IMG/VR virus record: IMGVR_UViG_3300020183_000008
Span: 91,271-155,270 of that record
Reading direction: 5' to 3' (one strand)
DNA: 64,000 nt
Source: a virus
Position 1 is the first letter of the stretch; each line of letters begins with the position of its first letter. The translations under genes and the position numbers were made by a program. Shown piece by piece: positions 7,927 through 16,437 of this stretch. The notes under the pieces were generated by a model. It had not been told where the DNA came from. It saw only the letters and a list, made by a program, of their open reading frames with translations, and did no database searches.

Positions 7927-8885
7927 AAATAAACGATGCTCTTGGTAATATTCCTCAAGCATCGGTATTTCTAAGCTACGGTACAAATTTATTTGCAAAA
8001 TGGCAGTTAAGAAAAAAACTTGAAAAGATTCACAGTGCGCTTCCGCGCTCAGTAATTTTCGGAGATGATCCTAACTTATTCGAAAAGGCTGAATGTGGTG
8101 GTCTAATCCCTGAGCCAAAGTTGGTAATTATTGAAGATTTTTCAGAGATAAAAAATAAAAAATTATTTTTCGATCTCATCGAAAGATCGGCTGAAGGTTC
8201 TATTTTTTTACTTCAAAGCGCAAAAAAAGAAAAAATTGCAACAACTAAGAGCGTTGTAGAGATTGAATGCTCAGACTCGAAGCAAAACGAACGAGAATTT
8301 GTTCAGACAGTGAGAGACTGGTTAAAAAGTTCTAGTTTCACTTTAAATGACAACGCTTTGAAAAAAATCTTCTCTCTGACGAATGGGGATTTGTTCCACG
8401 CTTTCAACGAAATACAAAAGGTTGCAATTTACGCCCACGCTACAAATTCAGCTCACATTTCTTTAGATGAACTTCGTTGTTTGATGGGTCCTCGTTTTGA
8501 TACAGACCCTTTTGCCTTTTCAACTTTTTATCTGCAAAAAAATTCGAAAATGGCTCTTAACGAATTACACACTTGGAAAATCACTGATGTGCAGCTTCAG
8601 CTTCACAGCCAATTCAAAGCTATTGAAAAAGCCTTGCTCGCTTTGGTCTGTAAGAAAAAGAATATGAAAATAGAAAAAATCACAGCGGAAACAGGCATTC
8701 CTTTTTGGTATTTCAAATACTCCTTTCCCGAGATTGAATCAAAATGGTCGGAGAAAGAATTGATCGGTGCTCTCAAAGACTGTACCATCGCAATTCATAA
8801 ATCTAAAAAGATTGTGAATATTGCTGTACCGATAATGATGGAGAGCGTTCTGCGAAGATGTAAATTCGGCGGAACAGTGGAGTAA
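7923..8885 (+). CDS. holA: DNA polymerase III delta-like subunit
   Basis: 320 aa; NGDLFHAFNEIQKVAIY resembles HolA GxDLxxLxNELEKL; adjacent to the delta'-like gene. Confidence 0.7.
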   Translation: MKINDALGNIPQASVFLSYGTNLFAKWQLRKKLEKIHSALPRSVIFGDDPNLFEKAECGGLIPEPKLVIIEDFSEIKNKKLFFDLIERSAEGSIFLLQSAKKEKIATTKSVVEIECSDSKQNEREFVQTVRDWLKSSSFTLNDNALKKIFSLTNGDLFHAFNEIQKVAIYAHATNSAHISLDELRCLMGPRFDTDPFAFSTFYLQKNSKMALNELHTWKITDVQLQLHSQFKAIEKALLALVCKKKNMKIEKITAETGIPFWYFKYSFPEIESKWSEKELIGALKDCTIAIHKSKKIVNIAVPIMMESVLRRCKFGGTVE

Positions 8886-8888
8886 AAA

Positions 8889-9575
8889 ATGGAAATTTCT
8901 AAAGATTTTTTTGTAGGTGGGGGTTGGCACCCTTCAAATGACCTACTCGACTCCGACTTCCCTGAATGGTTTTATAAGGAAACAGTTTTTCAAACTGAAA
9001 AGAAAAAACAAGTTTATCTTGATGGGCATACTTTCAATTTGCCTTTAGAAAGTCATTCCTACGTTTTTCGATGGATCATGCCCCAAAAACCAAACATCTA
9101 TAAGCCTGATTGGGAAATCCCAAATGATTACAGGATGGCTTCTGTCCTAAGATTTACTGTAGGTGAGTGGTTTGGATTGACGGAACAAGACTTAAACGAA
9201 GTGCGCGAAGGTCGAGCTAACCTATCAAGAGATAAACTCGCGCACATTTCGAAAGTGCTTGAAAACTCGTTTCTGTTTAATGGGTTGAAAATACCCTACA
9301 TCGAAGTTCGGTGTGATTGGGTGTCAGACAAAGAACTACAAAATTTTATCGATTTCCATCAAGGGAAAACTGCTGAACAAGCGTTCTTAATTACAAAAAA
9401 CGTAAAAGAGTCACAAATTAAACAAAAACGTGAGTTATTACGAAGTGTCACAGACACCTTACGTTCCAAACCCAATTTCCTTTCAATTTTGAGGGATGTG
9501 GTGGGTGAAAAAATCTCGGTCGAAGATGCAGTCGAGATGACAGGTAACTCAGGTATTTTTCAAAAGGGTGTGTGA
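8889..9575 (+). CDS. Hypothetical protein
   Basis: 228-aa ORF coupled to its neighbours. Confidence 0.7.
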   Translation: MEISKDFFVGGGWHPSNDLLDSDFPEWFYKETVFQTEKKKQVYLDGHTFNLPLESHSYVFRWIMPQKPNIYKPDWEIPNDYRMASVLRFTVGEWFGLTEQDLNEVREGRANLSRDKLAHISKVLENSFLFNGLKIPYIEVRCDWVSDKELQNFIDFHQGKTAEQAFLITKNVKESQIKQKRELLRSVTDTLRSKPNFLSILRDVVGEKISVEDAVEMTGNSGIFQKGV

Positions 9576-11890
9576 TGCAGATTGTAAAACGTAATGGAAA
9601 AAAAGAAGACGTTAAGTTCGACAAAATCCTGCAACGAGTGAAAAATCTTTCGGATGGTTTGAAAGTTGAGCCTGTAGCTGTTTCTCAAAAAGTTGTAGCT
9701 GGTCTTGTTGATGGTATTTCATCGACCAAGATTGATGAGTTGTTGGCAGAAACCGCAGCCGTGCTCACAACCGAGCACCCTGACTACGCTTGTTTGGCTG
9801 CAAGAATTTCAGTATCCGCCTTACATAAGGTCACAGCTTCGTCGTTCTACCAAACGATGAAACAGCTTTATAAAGAAGGTGTCCTTTCAGATCAGTTCAT
9901 CGAATTTTTGCGCGGAAATGGGCAAAAGATTGATGCCATGCTCGATTATGAGCGTGACTTTAATTTTGAATACTTTGGTTACAAAACACTAGAAAAAGGC
10001 TACCTGCAAAAGATCAATGGGAAGATTGTTGAGAGACCTCAACATCTATTTATGCGCGTTGCCGTTGGTGTCGCCGGTTTGGGTGGTGGCACTCTGGATG
10101 ATGTGAAAGAACTGTACGAAATGATTTCGAACGGTTTGTACACTCACGCGACACCTACGCTGTTCAATGCGGGTACAAAAAGACCTCAACTTTCGAGTTG
10201 TTTCCTTACATCCATGAAATCTGACAGCATCGAAGGCATATATGACACTCTTAAAGAGTGCGCTTTAATTTCAAAAAATGCAGGTGGTATCGGTCTTCAT
10301 GTTCACAATATTCGTGCTACAGGCAGCCCTATCCGTGGAATCAACGGCACGAGCGATGGTATCATCCCGATGCTCAAAAACTTCAATGAGACTGCACGAT
10401 ATGTAAATCAAGGTGGTCGTCGTAAGGGATCATTTGCAATTTATCTCGAACCTTGGCACGCGGATGTCGAGGCTTACCTTGACCTAAAAAAGAATACAGG
10501 GAAAGAAGAAATGCGGGCGAGAGACCTCTATCTTGCTCTGTGGATTCCAGATCTTTTCATGAAGCGTGTCAGAGAAGATGGAAACTGGACTTTGATGTGC
10601 CCTGATGAATGCCCTAACTTGCCTGATGTTTGGGGTGATGAGTTTGAGAAACTCTACACCAAGTATGAATCTGAAAATCGCGGTCGCAAAACCATCAAAG
10701 CGCGAGAATTGATGGCGAAAATCATCGAAGCTCAGATTGAAACAGGTGTACCTTATATTTTGTTCAAAGATGCAGCGAACGCTAAGTCAAACCAACAAAA
10801 TCTTGGCACCATCAAGTCATCGAATTTGTGCTGCGAAATTATTGAATACTCAGATCCAACAGAAACCGCTGTTTGTAACTTGGCAAGCATCTGTTTGCCT
10901 AAGTTTGTCAAAAATGGGGCATTTGATCATGAGGCTCTCGGCAAAGTCGTGCGTGTTGCGACTCGGAATTTGAACCGTGTTATCGACATCAACTATTATC
11001 CGACACCCGCTACTAAAAAATCGAATGATAGGCATCGCCCGATTGGATTGGGTGTGCAAGGTCTGGCTGATGTTTTCTTTATGTTAGGTCTGCCATTCGA
11101 ATCTGTAAAAGCACAAGAGTTGAATCAGCAAATTGCTGAAACGATTTATTTTCACGCTGTCACTGAATCGGTTGAACTTGCGAAAGAACAGGGAGCCTAC
11201 GCGACCTTCCAAGGGTCACCTGCATCTCAAGGAAAACTTCAGTATCATCTTTGGGGTGTAACTCCCACGATGAAATACGACTGGAAAGGTCTTGAGAAAA
11301 ATGTTGTTGAATTTGGACTGAGAAACTCTCTCTTGGTCGCACCCATGCCTACAGCTTCAACCGCTTCTATTTTTGGCAACATCGAGTGTTTCGAAGCTAT
11401 TACCTCAAACCTCTATAAGAGAATGGTTTTGGCAGGGGAGTTTGTTCTGGTAAACAAATATCTTGTAGCCGACCTTGAAAAGCTGAATCTCTGGAACAAA
11501 GAGATGCGGGATCAAATCATCGCTGAAGGTGGTTCAATCGCAGGTGTCTTCGAAATCCCCGATGAAATCAAACAAGTGTATAAAACTGTTTGGGAAATTA
11601 AAAACCGAACAATCATCGACATGGCTGCGGCACGTGGTCCTTTTGTTTGCCAAAGTCAGTCTATGAATCTCTGGTTTGCAAAACCGACGTTTGGGGCAAT
11701 CAACTCCGCGTTGTTCTATTCATGGGAGCGTGGATTAAAGACAGGTAGCTACTATATCCGAACGAAACCCGCTCTTGAAGCAGTAAAAGTCACGACAAAC
11801 ACTAAAACAGATAAACCTGAATATACGGCTCAAGAAGCTATCGTATGTTCTCTCGACAACCCAGAAGACTGTGTTGCTTGCTCTTCATAA
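9572..11890 (+). CDS. nrdA: Ribonucleoside-diphosphate reductase class Ia alpha subunit with ATP cone
   Basis: IVKRNG ATP cone, ATPTLFNAG, QLSSCF, SNLCCEI, APMPTAST, KTGSYY, C-terminal CVAC. Confidence 0.98.
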   Translation: MMQIVKRNGKKEDVKFDKILQRVKNLSDGLKVEPVAVSQKVVAGLVDGISSTKIDELLAETAAVLTTEHPDYACLAARISVSALHKVTASSFYQTMKQLYKEGVLSDQFIEFLRGNGQKIDAMLDYERDFNFEYFGYKTLEKGYLQKINGKIVERPQHLFMRVAVGVAGLGGGTLDDVKELYEMISNGLYTHATPTLFNAGTKRPQLSSCFLTSMKSDSIEGIYDTLKECALISKNAGGIGLHVHNIRATGSPIRGINGTSDGIIPMLKNFNETARYVNQGGRRKGSFAIYLEPWHADVEAYLDLKKNTGKEEMRARDLYLALWIPDLFMKRVREDGNWTLMCPDECPNLPDVWGDEFEKLYTKYESENRGRKTIKARELMAKIIEAQIETGVPYILFKDAANAKSNQQNLGTIKSSNLCCEIIEYSDPTETAVCNLASICLPKFVKNGAFDHEALGKVVRVATRNLNRVIDINYYPTPATKKSNDRHRPIGLGVQGLADVFFMLGLPFESVKAQELNQQIAETIYFHAVTESVELAKEQGAYATFQGSPASQGKLQYHLWGVTPTMKYDWKGLEKNVVEFGLRNSLLVAPMPTASTASIFGNIECFEAITSNLYKRMVLAGEFVLVNKYLVADLEKLNLWNKEMRDQIIAEGGSIAGVFEIPDEIKQVYKTVWEIKNRTIIDMAAARGPFVCQSQSMNLWFAKPTFGAINSALFYSWERGLKTGSYYIRTKPALEAVKVTTNTKTDKPEYTAQEAIVCSLDNPEDCVACSS

Positions 11891-11898
11891 GGTGATTT

Positions 11899-12825
11899 AT
11901 GACAGATAATAGATATTCTATTTTTCCAATCAAGCATTCAAATTTGTGGGAAGCCTTCAAAGTTCATCAGCGTGCGATCTGGACTCTTGAAGAGCTAGAT
12001 TTTGCGAGAGACCTACAAGATCTTCCAAAACTCACAGCGGGTGAATTACATTTTGTTACTTGGGTGCTAGCATTTTTTGCTCAATCAGATGGAATTGTGA
12101 ATGAAAATTTGGCAATCCGTTTCTATAAAGATGTAGAAATTCCAGAAGCTCGCGCCTTCTACACAATGCAAATGCTCATCGAGACTGTACATGCTGAAAC
12201 GTATGGCAAGTTGATCGAGACTTATGTTTCTGACTCTCAAGAGCGGAATAAGTTGTTCAACGCGATCGAAAATATCCCAACTATCGCCGAAAAAGCGAAA
12301 TGGGCGATGAAGTGGATTGATTCACAAGAAAACTTTGCAAAACGATTAGTCGCATTCGCTGTTGTTGAAGGCATTTTTTTCAGTGGGAGTTTTTGCGCGA
12401 TTTTTTGGTTTAGAAAGCGGGGCTTACTTCCAGGTTTAGCGAGTGCCAACAATTTGATTGCTCGTGATGAAGGTTTGCATTGGGTTTTTGCAGCCGAACT
12501 TTTCAAAGAGATGGGCTTGAAACTAAGTGTTGAAGATTTCAGAACGATCGTGACCGAAGCGGTCGAAATCGAACGTCATTTCATCACCGATGCTTTGCCT
12601 GTCAGCCTGATTGGAATGAATGCAACTCTCATGGCACAATATATTGAGTACACAGCGGACAGATTGTGCGAAAAATTTGGTTACGAGAAAATTTACAAAG
12701 TAGAAAACCCATTTGATTTCATGGCTTTATCTGATTTAGAGCTTAAAGGTAATTTCTTCGAAGTGAGGACTACGGAGTACCAAAAGCCTTTATCGAGGTC
12801 TCTTGATTTCGACTCTGATTTTTAA
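11899..12825 (+). CDS. nrdB: Ribonucleoside-diphosphate reductase beta subunit
   Basis: FFAQSDGIVNENL, ETVHAETY (radical Tyr), VEGIFFSGSF, RDEGLH. Confidence 0.98.
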   Translation: MTDNRYSIFPIKHSNLWEAFKVHQRAIWTLEELDFARDLQDLPKLTAGELHFVTWVLAFFAQSDGIVNENLAIRFYKDVEIPEARAFYTMQMLIETVHAETYGKLIETYVSDSQERNKLFNAIENIPTIAEKAKWAMKWIDSQENFAKRLVAFAVVEGIFFSGSFCAIFWFRKRGLLPGLASANNLIARDEGLHWVFAAELFKEMGLKLSVEDFRTIVTEAVEIERHFITDALPVSLIGMNATLMAQYIEYTADRLCEKFGYEKIYKVENPFDFMALSDLELKGNFFEVRTTEYQKPLSRSLDFDSDF

Positions 12826-12840
12826 GTCGAGTTTAATTTT

Positions 12841-12873
12841 AGGGTGTTTTTCATCCTGAAAAACACCCTTTTT
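12841..12873 (+). terminator. Rho-independent terminator after nrdB
   Basis: AGGGTGTTTTTCA-TCC-TGAAAAACACCCT followed by a T run. Confidence 0.85.
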
Positions 12874-12886
12874 AATAGGTAATCTT

Positions 12887-13633
12887 ATGAAAAGTGCTGA
12901 GAACTACATAGAGATTCTGAGAAGGTATAACAGCTCTTACTACACTTCGAGAGAACCTGAAGTATCAGATCAAGAGTACAATGCTATCAAAAATGAATTT
13001 AGACAGCACTACCCAGACCACCCTTTTCTTCGCGGGGTAGGGGTCACATCAACCCAAACCGAGGCATCAACTTCGGTTTCTGCAAATCACTCCATCGCGA
13101 TGGTTTCTCTGAAATCTATTTCAGAAGAGGGTGAGTTTCGCTCTTGGGCGAACGATGTATCTAACGATGGGATTTTCTGTGTGTCGGAGAAAATCATAGG
13201 TCAGTCATTCAGTGTTTCTTATTTACAAGGGAAATTCTACCAAGCTATTACTAAAGGTGATGGTAAAACGGGTATCGATATTTCTAAAGATTTGCGACAA
13301 AAATTGCCATTTGGTTTGCCTGTATCGATATCAGTAGTCCTTCAAGGGGTCACTTCACCCCAAGGTCTTTATTTTTTTGATTTGCTTGGAAGTATGGTGT
13401 TTCATGTGGAACATCAAAAATTTGATTACATAAAAAACATTTTGAAACTACAGACTCCGTTTTACAAGAAAGCAGCGTTAGAGGAAGTTGTTTCTATTTA
13501 TAAGAGCTACAAAAAAAACAGACCCTCATTCTTGGATGGAATCATCATCACAGTCGATTCAAAGATACAGCAAGAAATGTTAGGTATTGATAAAGATCCA
13601 CCCGATTATAAAGTGAATTTTAAACTTAGCTAA
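12887..13633 (+). CDS. Truncated, degenerate NAD-dependent DNA ligase (domain Ia plus adenylation domain only)
   Basis: YY..EPEVSDQEYN, HSIAMVSL, EKIIG (for KxDG), AITKGDGKTGIDIS, LDGIII; no OB, HhH or BRCT domain. Confidence 0.8.
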   Translation: MKSAENYIEILRRYNSSYYTSREPEVSDQEYNAIKNEFRQHYPDHPFLRGVGVTSTQTEASTSVSANHSIAMVSLKSISEEGEFRSWANDVSNDGIFCVSEKIIGQSFSVSYLQGKFYQAITKGDGKTGIDISKDLRQKLPFGLPVSISVVLQGVTSPQGLYFFDLLGSMVFHVEHQKFDYIKNILKLQTPFYKKAALEEVVSIYKSYKKNRPSFLDGIIITVDSKIQQEMLGIDKDPPDYKVNFKLS

Positions 13634-13644
13634 TTTCGGCGGAT
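13634..13644. promoter_or_regulatory. TCCGCCGAAAT box (inverted) upstream of the recD-like gene
   Basis: Intergenic TTTCGGCGGA just before a TTGTTT -35-like hexamer. Confidence 0.5.
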
Positions 13645-13681
13645 ACTTGTTTATAAGAGCTTCATGTGAGATAAAAATTAC

Positions 13682-15337
13682 ATGAACGACATAGAAATTC
13701 ATGAAAAAGTCCAAGCAATTCTTCATGAGCATGGAAGTGAAAGCGACCGTGCTATTCTTAAATTTGAGCAGAACATAAGCACTTTTATAACGAATGTTTA
13801 CATCAATTACCCTTCAGGTCTGTCATGGAACGCTACCCATGCTTTGGGTCAAGAGTTTGCAAAATCGACTGAGGTAGAAGGGCATTTGCTTTTCTTTTTG
13901 AACAACAAAATCGCATCCGAAGGGCATACCTGCTACCCCTTGAGTTTGCTTTTCGGAGCCATGAAATACAACTTTCCGTATCTGAAAAACGAAAAAGTTG
14001 ATTTAGAGAATGCGCTTAGAAAACTTATAGACCTAGGGAAAGTTGTAATAAAAAACAAAACCGTGTGGATACAACATTCCTACTCCGATGAATCCAAAAT
14101 TCTCAGTGGTTTAAGAGATGTAGTGAGTCGACCTTCAGATGTAGAAGTTCCTTTGGATGCCTTCACAGCGGGTTTGACTGAAATGCAAGCATCGGTCATC
14201 CGCTCACTCAGTAAATCAAGAATGGTAATTTTGGATGGTTACCCTGGTACCGGAAAAACCTACTTGTCTGCGAAAATTTCTCAGGTTCTTGAAGCCGATG
14301 GATTTCAGGTAACTCTGCTTGCTCCAACGGGTCTCGCTGCAAAAAATCTAAAAGACCGCTGCAATAAACACGCATCAACCATCCATTCTTTTGTCCTATC
14401 TCAAAAAAATAAAGAAAAATCTTTGCAAGGTAGACACGCATTTCTCATCGATGAGTTTTCGATGGTTGACACGCGTATCTTCTCAGATTTTTTTGAAGTC
14501 ATACAAGATTGTGAACCGTTTTTAGTTCTTGTCGGTGATACGAATCAACTTCCATCTGTAGGTGGTGGAAACCTTCTTTCTGAAATCATATCTTTGAAAC
14601 AAATACTAAATTTCTCTTATACTCAGCTAACTGAAATCATTCGTCAAAAAACTGGTAGTGAGATTGCTCAAAATGCAGCTTTGATTAGGTCGGGTAAAAC
14701 AAATTTAATCAACGCTTCTGAATTTAAGTTTTACGAAATGAATGAACGAGAAATACCTAATTTGATTTTGAAGTCAGCGCAAAAACTGATGGCTGAGAAG
14801 AGAAATTTTGTAGTTCTATCACCTGTGAAAAAAGGCTCATGTGGTGTAGATTTTTTGAATATCAAGTTGAAAGAGATATTCAATCCACCTGCAATAGAAA
14901 AAAGAGAATTAAACTCTTGGCGTGAAGGTGATCGAATCCTGGTCAATAGAAACTTTTACGATTTAGGTTTGGTTAATGGTGATATCGGTCACATAAAAGA
15001 AATTCTAGCGAACAATAATATGATTATTTCGGTCGCAGGAAAAGAGTTTCAAATAAACAACGAAGTGATCGTAAATTTGAAATTATCCTACGCAATCACG
15101 GTTCATAAATCGCAAGGGTTGGAATTCGAGACAGTAATAATGCCTTTCGTAGATGCGTTTGGAACCATGTTAAAAAACAGGCTACTTTACACTGCTATCA
15201 CACGAGCTAAACAAAAATGTGTTGTATTTGGTTCATCTTCAGCATTGTCGAAAGCAATTCGAAACACCAAAGATCAAGATAGATTTACAGGACTGCGTTT
15301 GCTTGAGACTGGGAAGCCTTCGTGGAGTAAGACATGA
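13682..15337 (+). CDS. recD: RecD2-like SF1B helicase
   Basis: GYPGTGKT, LAPTGLAA, IDEFSM, VGDTNQLPSVGGG, YAITVHKSQGLEF, LYTAITRAK. Confidence 0.93.
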   Translation: MNDIEIHEKVQAILHEHGSESDRAILKFEQNISTFITNVYINYPSGLSWNATHALGQEFAKSTEVEGHLLFFLNNKIASEGHTCYPLSLLFGAMKYNFPYLKNEKVDLENALRKLIDLGKVVIKNKTVWIQHSYSDESKILSGLRDVVSRPSDVEVPLDAFTAGLTEMQASVIRSLSKSRMVILDGYPGTGKTYLSAKISQVLEADGFQVTLLAPTGLAAKNLKDRCNKHASTIHSFVLSQKNKEKSLQGRHAFLIDEFSMVDTRIFSDFFEVIQDCEPFLVLVGDTNQLPSVGGGNLLSEIISLKQILNFSYTQLTEIIRQKTGSEIAQNAALIRSGKTNLINASEFKFYEMNEREIPNLILKSAQKLMAEKRNFVVLSPVKKGSCGVDFLNIKLKEIFNPPAIEKRELNSWREGDRILVNRNFYDLGLVNGDIGHIKEILANNNMIISVAGKEFQINNEVIVNLKLSYAITVHKSQGLEFETVIMPFVDAFGTMLKNRLLYTAITRAKQKCVVFGSSSALSKAIRNTKDQDRFTGLRLLETGKPSWSKT

Positions 15338-15900
15338 ATGAAAGTCGAATGAATGAGATAATCTTAGATATAACAAAAATGCAGATTGATTTATCAGGGA
15401 ATCAAGCTGACATCACTCGTTATTATTTGACTCAAATTCTTGCAGTTGGGAATGCTCATCTGAACAGATGTTCTGAGTTTCTTAATGAAGCCGTAGATTC
15501 TATTCGAAAGCTAGAACCTGTTTTAGACAATTCTGAAGATCAGCTTTCTCTATCTGAAGATGACCTTTATTTAAACGACAATCAGGTTCAACAACTTTCG
15601 AGTCAAAGATTGAAAGATGCTTTTGTTCGACAAAAAACTAAAGATCTTCGTCACCGTGTTATTGAGTTAAGGTCTAAAAAGAAGAGCCTCACCAATTTAG
15701 TAAAGATTATTGAAAACCGTATGAAATCTATTCAGAACACGATTGTTTCTGTAAAGAAACAATTCGAAAGTACGATGATGACCGCGAAATATCTTAACTT
15801 TGATCCCACGGCAGTCGAAACACCGATAAATACAATTCATTCCGACCCTGCGCTCATCGATCCTATCGAGGATCCAGCTCTATCTGATTTGTTAGGCTAA
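15334..15900 (+). CDS. Coiled-coil hypothetical protein
   Basis: 188 aa, heptad-like; overlaps the recD stop. Confidence 0.7.
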   Translation: MNESRMNEIILDITKMQIDLSGNQADITRYYLTQILAVGNAHLNRCSEFLNEAVDSIRKLEPVLDNSEDQLSLSEDDLYLNDNQVQQLSSQRLKDAFVRQKTKDLRHRVIELRSKKKSLTNLVKIIENRMKSIQNTIVSVKKQFESTMMTAKYLNFDPTAVETPINTIHSDPALIDPIEDPALSDLLG

Positions 15901-15963
15901 TGACGTAATAAGTACAAGTGGTTCCGGTATTGACTATAATCAAGTAAGTAGAGGGAACCATAA

Positions 15964-16437
15964 ATGGAACTTACTAAGAAAAAAAAGGAAAAGAGGGCTG
16001 AAGGTGAGCACACCGAGGGTTACTTGCGAATCCTCGAAAGACGCAAACGTGAAGCTAGTTATAAATTGTATAAAAAGATGGAGATCGTAGACTTGCTTAC
16101 AGGAGTCTGTGATTTACCAAAAGCAAAAATTGGAAATGTTTTTGATGCTTTCTGTGATTTACTTGTGGAAATTTCACACACAGAAAGCATCATCCAATTT
16201 CCAAAATTCGGTCGAATCATCTTTGAACCTAAGTTTCAAAGACGCATTTTTAATCCAAAGCTAGATCGCACTGTTATTTACCAGAACCCTCGCATCACTC
16301 TTCGATTGTCAGCGAGGTTGAGAACTTTGCTTCGAAAGCAATTCCGGAGAAACTGTTATCAGCTCTATGAGTTGAACGGTTTAACTCCAAGTGTTTATGT
16401 TAGATCTGAAAGAAAAAAGAAGGGCGCTGATGAATAA
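15964..16437 (+). CDS. HU/IHF-family DNA-binding protein
   Basis: KKMEIVD...IQFPKFGRI...RRIFNPK follows the HU pattern. Confidence 0.8.
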   Translation: MELTKKKKEKRAEGEHTEGYLRILERRKREASYKLYKKMEIVDLLTGVCDLPKAKIGNVFDAFCDLLVEISHTESIIQFPKFGRIIFEPKFQRRIFNPKLDRTVIYQNPRITLRLSARLRTLLRKQFRRNCYQLYELNGLTPSVYVRSERKKKGADE

